From the NCBI GenBank assembly GCA_965637545.1, contig OZ281494.1:12338001-12402000 (forward strand): 64,000 nucleotides of DNA, in the 5' to 3' direction. This document shows, in pieces, positions 35,520-47,589 of this stretch. The position numbers and the translations under genes are program-made. Source of the DNA: Phallusia mammillata. Taxonomy: Eukaryota. The first letter of the stretch is position 1; each line of letters begins with the position of its first letter. The notes beneath the pieces are model-generated. The model saw nothing but the letters and a program-made list of their open reading frames with translations, made no database searches and was not told the DNA's origin.

Positions 35520-36998
35520 ATGATAATGGACAATTATGGTTCTGCAAATGATGTTCCTGTTGGTTCTGAAGTGGTTTTGACAACTACTGAGACTGGTTAT
35601 CGTGTCTACAAACGGCGATGGTTTCTCTTGGCCACTTTGTGCATTCTCAATTTATCCAATGCTTTGGCATGGCTTTCATTCGGACCAGTGGCATACAAAG
35701 CTGCTAGCTTCTATAACACTGACCTTGACACCATTAACTGGTTATCTGTGGTGTTTATGATTACTGGCATTCCTTGTGGTATTGTTGCTACATGGCTCAT
35801 CGATTCAATTGGTTTGAGGTTTTCAATTATACTTGGGGCTTGGCTTAATTCCATTGGTTGTGTTATAAGAATGATTAGTGCTGTTGACGGAATTCTACCT
35901 TCAGCTGTGCTTCCTCTCTTATTCATTGGTCAATGTATTGCAGCTTTTGCCCAGCCATTTATGTTATTTTCACCGACAAAATTAGCTGCTTTGTGGTTTC
36001 GTGAGGACCAAAGAGCTTTGGCCAACATGCTTGCCACTGTTGCCAACCCCTTGGGAATCATGTTGTGTAATATTCTTTCTCCAATTTTACTTCCTAAACC
36101 AGAAGACATGTTATTTATGCTTGGCATTGAGAGCATTCCAGCCCACCTTGCTGTTTTGATGGCAACATTTGGTTGGTGGAGCAGTAGTCCTCCAACCCCA
36201 CCAACTTCCAGTGCTGCAACCGATTCTGAAGGTTTCTGGGCTGGTGTCAAAATTTTATTCCGAAAATGGAGATACTTACTTCTAGCTTTAACTGTTGGGG
36301 CAGGGATTGCTTTGTTTAGTGTTTTGACAACTTTGTTGTCCCAAATTCTTTGTCCATGGGGATATGATGACTTTTATGTTGGAGTTGTATGTGGCACTGT
36401 ACTGATTGGAGTTGGATTTATTGGAGCTGGCATTGCTGGTGTTATTGTTGACAAAACAAAACGCTTCACTGAAGTCACCAAACTGGGTTTTCTAATTGCA
36501 GTCTTGGCTTTGGTTGCGTTTGCCATTCTGCACAACCGCCCTAATCAGTGGGTTGCCATTGCAGTTGCTTGTGGAGTATTTGGATTTTTTGGCATTCCAG
36601 TTTACCCAATAGGTAATGAGCTTGCTGTTGAAACTACATACCCAGTTGGTGAGGCAACAAGCTCTGGTGTTGTATTTATGTCTGGGCAATTACAAGGAAT
36701 AATTCTTGTGCTTGTGTTGCAATCGATTGGAACTGAAATTCCAAAAGACCAACAGACATATCAAAAGTGTGCCAGTGAGAATCTTGGCCCTGCTACTGCT
36801 GTCTACGACATGTCACTGCCTGTATATATAATGACAGGTTATGCGGGTGTTGTATTGTTGCTGTTTTTAATATTTTTCCGTACCAAGTATCGCCGACTTT
36901 TGGCAGAACAGGAAGATGCAGCCCAAACAAGTAATGGCACAGGATTTTTCGCAGGCAAACAAGTTACTGATGTTGACACACCAGAAAAAAGTGCATGA
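35520..36998 (+). CDS. SLC49A3: MFS transporter SLC49A3/MFSD7-like, copy 2, intronless CDS (about 492 aa)
   Basis: Single ORF colinear with copy 1 (YRVYKRRWFLL, PTKLAALWFREDQRA, ELAVETTYPVGEATSSG). ATG at 35520 follows the acceptor-like TTTTAG at 35514. The longer ORF-track start at 35409 is not supported. Confidence 0.88.
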   Translation: MIMDNYGSANDVPVGSEVVLTTTETGYRVYKRRWFLLATLCILNLSNALAWLSFGPVAYKAASFYNTDLDTINWLSVVFMITGIPCGIVATWLIDSIGLRFSIILGAWLNSIGCVIRMISAVDGILPSAVLPLLFIGQCIAAFAQPFMLFSPTKLAALWFREDQRALANMLATVANPLGIMLCNILSPILLPKPEDMLFMLGIESIPAHLAVLMATFGWWSSSPPTPPTSSAATDSEGFWAGVKILFRKWRYLLLALTVGAGIALFSVLTTLLSQILCPWGYDDFYVGVVCGTVLIGVGFIGAGIAGVIVDKTKRFTEVTKLGFLIAVLALVAFAILHNRPNQWVAIAVACGVFGFFGIPVYPIGNELAVETTYPVGEATSSGVVFMSGQLQGIILVLVLQSIGTEIPKDQQTYQKCASENLGPATAVYDMSLPVYIMTGYAGVVLLLFLIFFRTKYRRLLAEQEDAAQTSNGTGFFAGKQVTDVDTPEKSA

Positions 36999-39030
36999 AT
37001 CTTTAATTAAAAACCACTTTGAAATGTTACAACTTGCCTAAGCAGTGTACCACTCATATATTAATGATTTGTAAAAAAATAGTAAATGAAATAACCTATG
37101 GTTTCAGTTGTCTTAAATTTATTGCTTTTTGAGGTTTATGTTTAACACCAAACTCTGTTACTGATTGACCTGTTTACTTGTTGCTGCAAGAATTTTTAAA
37201 GTGATATCCTACTTTATATATCACTACCAAGTTTAATTGTATACCCAACATAAATTTTGATTGCTACCAGTAGTTTCTGTATTTGTGGCTTTATATATTT
37301 GTCCAAATTTATCTTACATTTTTTGTATTTGTATTTGGAAGCTCTTCTAAAAAATAGCCAGGTACGCATTTCATTACACAGCACTTCAAAAATTCGCCAC
37401 TTTAAACATTGCTTTTTTACTTAACAGTTATGAGCATTGTAATCAAATGTTTCCATGTCATCCAGTGAGCTGTAATTCTGTGCCGAAATTTTCATTACAC
37501 TGTTTCTAAACTAATTTTCTGCCACGTTTTTTTTTTCTTTGTGTATGTTTCCTAATCATTGATAATTGGACACATTTTTTGTTCACAGTTGCATTGTTCC
37601 AAAGGATTGTTGGTACGAAATACCTCTACTTTTGGACTTACGCATGCAATATTCTGCAGTATGTCACTCTTTTGTATGTTGTGTTCCGTATTATGCATGT
37701 ATAAAATGTGTGAATTAGATTCTAATTCTAAAACCTTTTTTAAAATTTTGTAACAAGGTAACTGTGGTTTTGTAAAATCAATAAACAAAGGTTTGCTTGT
37801 GACAAACTGATTAAACTGATTTTGATAAATCATTAATAGTATGACAATGCAATGTTGAACTAATTCGACCACATACGATTGCTACGTATGTAGTTGCAGT
37901 ACTTGAGCATTTGAGCAACCTTTGGACGCAAACAACATAAACATCCCTATGTAAGAGCCAATGTTCAATCAGTGTGGTGTAACGAATTCTGTATCAAGAA
38001 TACAAACGTACAATCGTAGCGTGTTGATATTTTTATCGTATTTCTGTATTTCTTGGATAAGTTGAAACTGCGAGCTTTGCCTGTCCTCTAAAAATAATAA
38101 GGTAACATCCTTTACTTCACTTATAACACGATGTATTTTGTTTTGGGTTAACACGTTTTCCGGATTAAATGCCAGATTTACTACGGCATTTCACGTGGCG
38201 GACACTTACCATGAACTAATTGCGCAGAGGAGACACTATCTAATTATAGTCTACAATACAAAAACACTTTCCCCCACCAAAACAGGTTTTAAGTATTCGA
38301 TTAATTGCTCCGTCAGGCAGCTGGTTCGATGTAATTGGTTTTTACCGCGTTGTCTTAGTAATACATTTCTTCACGAAATAACAGCAAAACAGTTTTTGAT
38401 ACAAAAAAATGTACACATCTTTTTGCTAAACTACTATTATGATTTAATGTTATTTTACTTGGAGCTGTATTTTAAAGTTGATGCTTAAAATAATCTGAAG
38501 ATTATAGGCTATGTGGGACATTACGTAGGGCAGGGCTACTCAGTTTTGTGAAAGGTACAGATAGAAAAGTAAAAACACCAAAGGTCTGGACACATCTGTA
38601 AGTAATGCGAATGCAACATGTAATTGCCTATTTTAGGGAACGCTAATGGGAAAAATGGTCCAAGATGACACATTTGTTTAAGCTGAATGTTTCTGTCAGC
38701 AAAACAAAAGCTTGAATTGGGCACTAAACATAAATTTACTTCTCGCGAGAGTATTGACACAACGACTTTTTTCATGACACAACATGGTGTCTGTCAAAGC
38801 AACATTTGAATTATGTAACCAGAATTTGGTCAGACAAATAAGAATAGCCACTTACGTTATAAACACTCAGAACCCGATCCTTTTTATACAAGGTTATGCA
38901 GATAAAGCTCATTTGTCCAACCAGCATCTGAAGGTGAATGGTCTCCTGAAGTGGTCAGTTGTTTAGGTCAACGTCCTAACACGCGATTTCGCAATTGAAA
39001 ATTATGCATAGCGCCTCGTTGGTCGACAAG

Positions 39031-39542
39031 CCCGTATTTGGTGCGCACGCAATGTTTTATGCTTCGCTACTACTGCAAATTCAGCACCTTTATTGGTGAC
39101 AAGTCGGTGTAACTTGCCACTTCTTTTTTGGATTAAATGTCTTTTTTTTGGATTAAATGTCTTACTGGACTTGGCACCGATAAAGGTGCTGAATTTGCAG
39201 TAGTAGCGAAGCATAAAACAGGGGTCGGTAACCCCTGGCACGCGAGGTCGTTTTCATGGCACGCCAACCGATTTGCGTGTTTATATTAAAGTAAGAATTT
39301 AACCTGTTACACGGCTTGTTTATGGTTTTTATCGTATCATTGTAATAAAATTTAGCCCTACATGCACAAGACGCTCTGCTTTCTCTTTATTATTGGTATC
39401 TGCTGGCACGAACCACTGTTATAATAGAACAACTTTGGCACGCGAGGTCATTAACACATGGAAATAACGAGTAAATTGGCACGCGTCGCCTAAAAGGTTG
39501 CCGACCCCTGGCATAAAACATTGCGTGCAAACCAAATACGGG
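39031..39542. repeat. Foldback element with a nested MITE
   Basis: Left arm CCCGTATTTGGT...ATGTTTTATGCTTCGCTACTACTGCAAATTCAGCACCTTTAT pairs with 39168-39218 plus 39511-39542. The spacer holds a 2x repeat TTCTTTTTTGGATTAAATGTC. Confidence 0.8.
39219..39510. mobile_element. hAT-type MITE
   Basis: TIR CAGGGGTCGGTAACC / GGTTGCCGACCCCTG. Perfect 8-bp TSD GCATAAAA. Confidence 0.92.
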
Positions 39543-39711
39543 ATTTCGAGTAAATGTCTTTCTCAATTTTCAAATATTGTCGATTGTCATCTGCAGCAGT
39601 TACAATACCGTTAGCTTAAATCAGGGGTCTTGAGGGTTTTATCCTTAAGTTCAAATGATTTATTATCTTTATATATTAGACATTTTAAATATGACTTTTT
39701 TCTGTGTAGCG

Positions 39712-40617
39712 CAGGGGTGGCCAACCCGCGGCTCTTCCCCTGGTTTTATGCGGCTCTTACGTCGTTGTCGAAGTTTGGGGGCACTGTGTATATTTTGGTT
39801 AGTATGTCGCGATGTGGTACAAAAATTGTTAAATTTAAAGTAAAGCTTTAACAATTTTGCTTTTGAACAAACTTACTATCGGTATGGCCTCAAAGCTTGC
39901 CTTAAAACTACAACCTTATGTGGCAAATGACTTGATTATGATGGCATATATTCAATTGTTGAACAATGAATGTTTGCTCATTGTTATGTACAATGCGAAT
40001 GAGATACAAATCAACAGCAATATTTACAACAAATGTGTTCCAAAGCAAATAATGCTTCAATCCGTTGTTTTTCGGGTTATGACGAACGTTATAGTTTATG
40101 GGCAGTTTGTCTTGGCTTTGAATTGAGCGAGTGTTGGTGGTGAATGCATTAGTGACGTCGCAATGAATTTAGTTTCGCCTCTTTGCATTTTAGCTAAAAT
40201 CGGCACCTAAGTTTGGGGCGCATGCGCGTTAGATGAAAATACCGCAAAGTTTTGCAGCAGGGAAAATCTTTTGAGTAAACAATTTTGTCGAGTTAGCCTT
40301 CAAACTGGCAGTGAAAAATGTTTTTTTTTTTAATTCGTATGTTTTTGTTTGTTGGATTCGTTGAAATGAGAGTTTTGTGTGCGAAACAGTGCAAACCATT
40401 GATTATCGAAAATGACAGGCCCGTGGTCTGTACAAGTCAAATTGTGTCATTATTTTGTTGGTGTGCGACATTTAGAATAAATCTGGCTAAGCACAGGTTG
40501 CTGTGTGTGACGTAGTGACGAACCATTAAACATATGTGCTTATGTGTATATTGTGGCTCTTTGTGGTAACACAATAAAAAATATGGCTCTTAGGCTTTGA
40601 CCGGTTGGCCACCCCTG
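39712..40617. mobile_element. hAT-type non-autonomous element (906 bp)
   Basis: TIR CAGGGGTGGCCAACC / GGTTGGCCACCCCTG. Perfect 8-bp TSD GTGTAGCG. Subterminal GCGGCTCT repeats. Confidence 0.92.
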
Positions 40618-41898
40618 GTGTAGCGAATTCCAAATAAGCCTCATTTTAGACTAACACACCCTACTGTGTATTTCGTGTTTACGTTGTGGATCGCAGTACT
40701 TCATGTCTCAATGCGAATGCTAAATTCTTTAACTAGTCTTTTGCTAAATATATTTTTAACCATATAAAATACAGTGACGTTGTACTTTACTTCAATATAG
40801 GCAATCCTTATGGCTATATTGTGAAATAAATGAGACTTAATTACTAGTTGATGTTCATAACATAAACCAATACATTAAATTCATAAAGGCAGCATAAGGC
40901 GCAACAACGACATAGAAAATACGGTTTATCACACCATAGTTACAATTGTGCGCAAAAATCGCCGTTTTGTTAATAGTGTAGTGGAATAAAGGACCGTTTT
41001 GTCGTCACAAAGTTGCACAAATTGACCTTAAAAGATTTTGAAAATACATATACGCTCCTCGCAGTACTCCGAGAATCGCTATGGGGACTCGATTAACTGT
41101 CGCAACATAGCAACGATCAAGAAATTAATTACGCAAAATAGCGTATGTGGCCGCAATCAAGAGACCGTCGAGGTCCACATCCAACGCCTCAAATGTCCGG
41201 ATATGGACTGCGGTCCGCCATTTGAGTAGCCCTGACGTAGGGCGCCAATGAATAAGAAACAAGCAAAGAGTAACTGAGGTGCCTGGTTCGCTTGTTCGGA
41301 GCGAAAAGCAAATTTGACAAACCGTTGACTTGACTCAGCTAATACTCGTAAACAGCTAATAAGTTGTTTTCCAAACCTTATAGCGGTTTCATGGTATCTG
41401 ACATCCAAGACGTATTGCTAGCAATGTAAACAAGAGCTACAATTAAAATAATCATTTTGATAAAATTGACGCCAAACTATAAACTCAAAATACTAAATAT
41501 CGCACAAAAACAAATATATGCCGTTAGGGTTTTAAGTTTACCCTTGATCAAAGCAGGGGTTACGAGATACAGTGTCAAAATGAAGGTTGCGTACATATTT
41601 AATTACTTCTGCCAGTCATTTTAGACAAGGTGTATGCTACTAAGAAACCCTAAAGTTCAACGCAAAAAAAAGTTAGGAACCACCGGATTAAGCGTATAAC
41701 TTTAAAATACGGATCGCAGACGTTTTCATTCAGTTCGTTGTTTTCGTTGTAATATCATAGCTTGGTACTGGCGTCAAATGCCTGATTGTCATACACATGT
41801 GAATCATAGTGATTTTTTTCATCGTTCCTGTCAAAATATGTTTTCGTTAAATAATTGACGGCTTTTATACGGAAACTGACATAAACATCAATCTAAAC

Positions 41899-42827
41899 CA
41901 GGGGTGGGCAACATACGGCCCGCGACGGGATTTTGAGCGGCCCGCGGACAGTTTCCGGTCTTACATGATAATGTGGCCCGCGGCCACAGTCTGCCGCAAT
42001 CCCCCATTACTTGCTTACTACGTCAAATTACAGTTGTAACGCACAGTAACGCTCCCCAATAGCAAAAAAATTTCCCGCCGTTGTTACCGTTGCACCATAC
42101 GTCCATTGTTACGACATAACTACCAACCTTGTGTGTGTCCTACTTTAACGGTTTTCTTTGTTTCCACACGTATAGCCTAGTTCAGGTCAGGGGTGGGGAA
42201 CCTGCGGCCTAAAGGCCACATGCGGCCTTTCAGGGCACTAAGTGCGGCCTTCGATGGCAAAATACATTTTTAAGATGTTGATATAACCGACTGCACCAGG
42301 CGCTGACAAAATTGACAGAAACGTATTTTTGACTTTATTGCAGATTATTTTTTGATTAGTTCCAGGGCAGCGGTTTTCAAACAAGACCCATGTGGTCCCA
42401 TAGTGGTACATAAAGCTATTTCCATAGTTAGGACTACCAAAAACTCCAGGTTCAGCAATTTCTAGGTTAAATAAATCCTGAATGTTGTATAGTGAAGATG
42501 AAAATGTAGTGAGGAATTTTAATTAGCTGGGACCGTAAGTCCTACAAACTACGAGGAAATAGCAAAACGACCATTCTGTAAGTCAAAAAGTTTGAACATC
42601 ACTGCCCTTGGCCTGGGAAATAGTCTATGCGGCCTACACGAGTGTCTATAAATCGTTAGGTAGCTTTTATAAACAAAAAGGTTCCCCACCCCTGGTTTAG
42701 GTGGTCAAAAATCCGTTTTAAATCACTGGATAAATACGCGATTAATGTATCGATTCAGGAATCCGGCCCGCCAAGTACTTCATTTTCCCATATCAGGCCC
42801 GCCGACTGGAGAAGTTGCCCGCCCCTG
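41899..42827. mobile_element. hAT-type MITE (same family as 53824-54374), carrying a nested MITE
   Basis: TIR CAGGGGTGGGCAAC / GTTGCCCGCCCCTG. Perfect 8-bp TSD ATCTAAAC. Internal sequence is the reverse complement of 53824-54374. Confidence 0.93.
42188..42694. mobile_element. Nested hAT-type MITE
   Basis: TIR CAGGGGTGGGGAACCT / AGGTTCCCCACCCCTG. TSD GTTCAGGT / GTTTAGGT. The uninterrupted host copy has a single ACCTAAAC at about 53949. Confidence 0.9.
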
Positions 42828-42846
42828 ATCTAAACCAACAGCGCCA

Positions 42847-45800
42847 TCACCTGGATTTCCGAAAACACGGTACGCTGATATGTTCCTGGTAATATTTTTC
42901 AGCTTCCTCTATTGTAGACAAACATGGAACGTTTCTCAAATCTGGAAACAGTAACGATGCAAAGCAAGCGATAACCGCAAATGCTCCGAAGACACTCTAA
43001 AAAAGGACAAAGAATAAATGGTTGCACCCGGTTAGTCTACATTAGAAATAACGCAAATAGTCCATTTGTACGAGTCCAGACCTCTTTCTGAGAGTGTTTT
43101 GTAAATTTCTGTTTGCAACCTTTTATTAAATTCAGTTTTTAAGGTAGGGCTACTAACGTAAGAACTCCAAACCTGGCTACTGTGAGTTCTTACGTTAGTA
43201 GGCTACATACAGGTTTTTTTAAGGTTTGGTTTGGGTGACCGCTAAGTAGTTTTAAGAGACCGCAAGTGTTTCATTTAAATACCAAAAAATAGTACTGTAG
43301 TTGCAAGTCCAAATTTTGGGAAACCGCTGGAGAAATTTGGGGGACCGAAACGGTCCCACCTTAAAAAAAACACTGAGTACATATACCAGTTTTAAAGCAA
43401 ACTTGAAAACATATTTCTACTTGTGTGAGCCAAGGTATTTCATTCTGAAGTTCCAAAGTGAACGGGGTGAAAATTCCTCCAATTCTTGCTGACATTGAGC
43501 CAAGCGCTATGCCAGTTGTCCTTTAATACAGGTCAAGATGAAAAATTCATTACGATTTTCTGAATTAGCCAGAGAAAATAAACTTACCGTACCACGGTGG
43601 GATAAAGGTCACTCGTTAGCATAAAAATAACTTTAAAGGAGGCTGACGCTCCAAACTTACCAAGAATGGCCATTGCTGTTCCCACTGTTATAAGGCCTGT
43701 TTAATATAGATTAAGTTTTTACAGCGGCAATATTCCAATAAAAAAGTCGTTTAAATCGAGGGACCACAACAACTGAATGTTTGCGACCAATAACCAATAA
43801 AATCCAATAAAACCTTGGTCGTCATTCGCAACTTCGTTAAAAATGGTGGAGAGAATACAAGAAACTCCAGAGATCAGGAAAACTAGAGCCAACAGCCACC
43901 TTTTGCCAAGCCATGGTAAACTAAAAAGAAGCACGGTTGCAATGGGCTCCACTATACCGTTCAGTGCACTGTTGACGTATGGGTCACCTAAAGTAAAGTT
44001 TGCTTTCAATGCAAGTTTTGTACGTGCGAAAATACTGATCAAAGCATACACACATGTTCGCAAATACTTGTTTTACGACCAACAATGTAAAATATTTACC
44101 TGCAAGATTTCCCACATTATATGTGAGGCCGTAAAATACCAGGTTTACTGTAAACCAGGTATAAATCACCACCACAGAAACAAACCGCATCCCTGGTTGT
44201 TGAAAAAGAGTGAAAATGGAAGGTCGTTTTTCACCACCTGTTGCTGAACGCTGCAAAAAAACAATGTGAAAACGCGTGTTGCAAAAAACTTCTGGAGATG
44301 GGCACTATATAAGTTTTTAAACCATGACTTCGGAGTTTGCATAAAGCTTTCTGGCGATTTACTTTTTTCTGCTCCGATTTAACAACTACATCCCACTCGA
44401 GGTCTGTCAAGGCCGCGCTGTTGCTGTTTAAACATCTCGAAACGGCGGTTTTTGCTTCTTCCAGCCGATCAGCACTTAACAACCACCTTGATAAACAAAG
44501 TTTAACAAATGTTTATGGGTTACTTTACTGCCAAACCAAGATGAATAATTGGATTTGCAAATTAAACCACACCTTCATCTTAAGAATGTAAGATACGAAA
44601 TCGTTTCTACCAATTAATCTGAGTTGTTAAACATCTAATATACAGCAAGAGCAGCACAGTGAGTTTGTTTGTTTCAGTGCATTGTTACCTCACAATGCCG
44701 CTTATACAACATACGATTAATCGAATGCCGGTCAAACGAGGTACAGGTACAGACAAGAGAGTAGAGAAACAGCAGTAGTTATTCTGCGGGTCATTTTTTT
44801 AAAATTTACTTTACCTATCCACTTTTTTATAACTTGGGTATAAGCATAATTCATATCGAGGAAAGAAGGAGAGAAAAATTACAGCGAGATAAGAATACAG
44901 CAAGGTGAGTGCCCAGTGGCGTAGGCAGCCAAACATTTTGGGAGGGGCCAAATAATTTGTTGTTCGATACCACTTTTTGCTAACGCTCGGCGTACGGCGT
45001 GCTTTTACCAAACACGTGTCTTGCCAAACTGTGGTTTGACCGGACAGCCAAACGCTTTATTTGCTGATTTATTCCATGTCTGCATAAACATAAAAAAAAG
45101 ATTTCGGCTCACAACTTGGCGACAACAGTCATTTTTGGCAAATTATATGTTCCTTTGATAGTTGAGAGACGAAATCACAATGATGAAGGACGAAACTACA
45201 CTAAATTAAAGTTTCTCGATAAACAACTTTAAAAATTTGGGAGGGGCCATGGCCCCTTTGGCCCCTCCCTGGCTACGCCACTGTGAGTACCTAAAACTAA
45301 TGTGCCAATTTGGCGCCAAACATTTATATCTACTATTGCAATTTGGCGCCAAAGTATATCTAAATGTGAATATATGCACGTTATACTATAGCAACTACCT
45401 GTATAGCAGTATAGGTTATCAAAGAGAAATTAAACATCTACCTGGGCGACTCCGGTACAAAACAAATGATAAGTAGAGGGATCAATGGCAATGTACTGCA
45501 CAGCATTTGCAGGTGTCTCCAATCCCGAATGGCATAAGCAAACCCCGGTAGGAGGCTATGGCCGATTGAGTTTAAAAATGTAGTGAAAGTACTGAAGGTT
45601 GTTCGGTATTTGGCCGGAGCTATCTCGTTTACTAAAAAAATCCAATATGTAGGTTTAACTTTAGGGTGACTATATAAGTATTCGCACAGGATCTTTTCCT
45701 CTGGTGACTTTAACCATAGCTGATCAAACTGTTTTCAGTAGTAGGCCTATCAATGATAAATTGTCAGTGTTTGTACATCGAAATCAGTCAACATCCACTG

Positions 45801-47589
45801 CTCGTATTTAAGCCACGCTGCTTTATTATTGTGATTACTGAGGTTTTAAGTAGGAGCATTTTTATTGACCTTCCAATGTGCTTCAACCAGACAATTTTGA
45901 AGGTGCTTTACCGTGTGCGTTTCAGTTATAAACTACTTTCAACAGTCTTATGCTTGTACAGACTTACTAAATCTGTAGTAGCAAGCTGAAATTACTTTGT
46001 CAAGTACTGTGCATCAAAGATAGAAATCTTTGTGCAAAGCAACAACGTTTGACAGTCAGAAAAGACACAAGAATGGCAACCTACTATATATAAAACAGAC
46101 GATGAAGGTTCCTACAGACGCGCCGCCCTGAATCATTCGCAGAATAACAAAAAGTTCAAAGTAGGGGCAGAATGCAAGACCCACTCCCACCAACAAAAAA
46201 GATCCAGTGAATATCAACATTCCTTTCTTGCGGCCAAACCTACAACAAAAATACATGTCCTGCTTATTTTTCAGCATTTTTCATCATGCCGTGCCAAGCC
46301 GTAGCCTATGTCAAATAAATGAGAAAAAATATTTTAATATTCGAAACATAACTTTTTTTGTAGTCGAGCAAACGAGTTTTTCAAGTATATTACCTACAGA
46401 TTTGAATAAAGTTTCCTTAACAAAAGTAAAACTGCTTTCGCGAAAAAGTAAATTAAAACTGACCAATCAGCGATGGGTCCGCTAAGAAACGAGCCTAACA
46501 TAAAGCCCACAAAGAACAGACTGGTTGCGATAACGTCCAAAATTCTTCTGTCGCAAACCAAATTCCACTAAAAAGAAAGAAATGTAAAACTCCCATGAGC
46601 CATCAGGCGGACATTAGACGTATGTTTCCCTGGTATTTGTGAATTAAACTCCCATGTATGTAATTAAATTAGGTAAATCTTCGAAGATAAGAAACTTACT
46701 TTCAGGGTCAAATTAAAAAATAGCGAGCATTGACTTCTTATAGTCAATTTACAACACCAATAACTGTACAATTAAAAAAAGACGAAAAATACTCCCATTA
46801 TGGCCAATTGACGAAACAGTTACCTTACCCATGTACCATATTACTGATCCTAACCTCGCTTATTGTAGTTTCGGTGTAATATTCCGTGCTGTATTTGTAT
46901 CCAGCATCACAATTAACGACATTGCTGGCAGTACGATTTCCGAGGCAGTCGCTTGCGTTGACCTCGTACATGCGACACGAGTCGTATTTCTAAAAGAGAC
47001 TTTTCAAATGTTGGGTAGATACAACGACAACACTACGCGTATCGGGTGGGCAGTTTGCTTGACATTTTCACCTGTGTTTTGTCATCATATGGAATTGCAC
47101 AACTTCGAATTTCCTCTTCGGTAAGATTGGACTGAGACTTATCCAAAGATGGTACGATACATCTGCAAAAATACAAGGAGGTAATGTAGCCTACTTTAAA
47201 TGCAAACTGTTCAATAATCAGCTCGGACTAGCAAACAAGTTTTGCATAGCCTAATCATTCTTTTGCTCAACTGTCTCATTGAATATTGCATCGTTCCTTC
47301 AGCACCAAATAGGATGATAATAAGACATAAGACAAAAGGAAAGTTTATAAAAGATGCCTGGCAACACTAAGTGAATTACAACAAGTTTTACATTACAAAT
47401 ATTGTTTTTCGTGAGTTTTCAATTTGTCGTTCATTGCACTGACCTGAATTGTGGCACAGCACTGAAGAAAATTGCCACCTGGGAGACTTGACCTGATGCA
47501 AAAATCACCAAGGCAGCAGCCAGAAAATAAATCACATGGTATTTACTTACACCACCGTGATCGTCCCAAAGCGCATCGAGGTCTTTCAT
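42847..47589 (-). CDS. SLC22-family transporter C (divergent from A and B), multi-exon
   Basis: Spliced reading: MKDLDALWDDHGGVSKYH...PQFR/CIVPSLD...LTEEEIRSCAIP; KYDSCRMYE...TTISE/WNLVCDRR...GPIAD/RFGRKKG; NEIAPAKYRT...AYAIRDWRHLQ...FVPESPR/WLLS; GDPYVN; DLYPTVVR/TTGIALGSMSARIGGIFTP; FPDLRNVP...KSR*. The stop at 42847 is the simplest reading, but a further short exon near 41380-41418 is possible. Confidence 0.88.
43144..43206. repeat. Short intronic hairpin with an 18-bp perfect stem
   Basis: CTACTAACGTAAGAACTC (43150-43167) / GAGTTCTTACGTTAGTAG (43184-43201), 16-nt loop, outer GTAG/CTAC pairing. Confidence 0.85.
44914..45283. mobile_element. MITE with CAGTGGCGTAG termini in an SLC22-C intron
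   Basis: TIR CAGTGGCGTAG / CTACGCCACTG. TSD TGAGTGCC / TGAGTACC (7 of 8 match). Confidence 0.88.

Noticed and set aside
38536-38775. LGPFFPLAFPKIGN as a hAT TTF zinc-finger remnant
   Set aside because: The resemblance is too short and no TIRs or further transposase motifs were found nearby.
42368-42604. Third-level nested MITE (CAGCGGTTTTCAAAC / GTTTGAACATCACTG)
   Set aside because: The TIR match is only partial and no TSD is visible.
44906-45291. MITE apparently inserted just inside an SLC22-C exon (TTTTAG GTACTCA)
   Set aside because: The true coding exon (INEIAPAK...PESPR) lies at about 45442-45632 and splices to about 44488, so the MITE is intronic.
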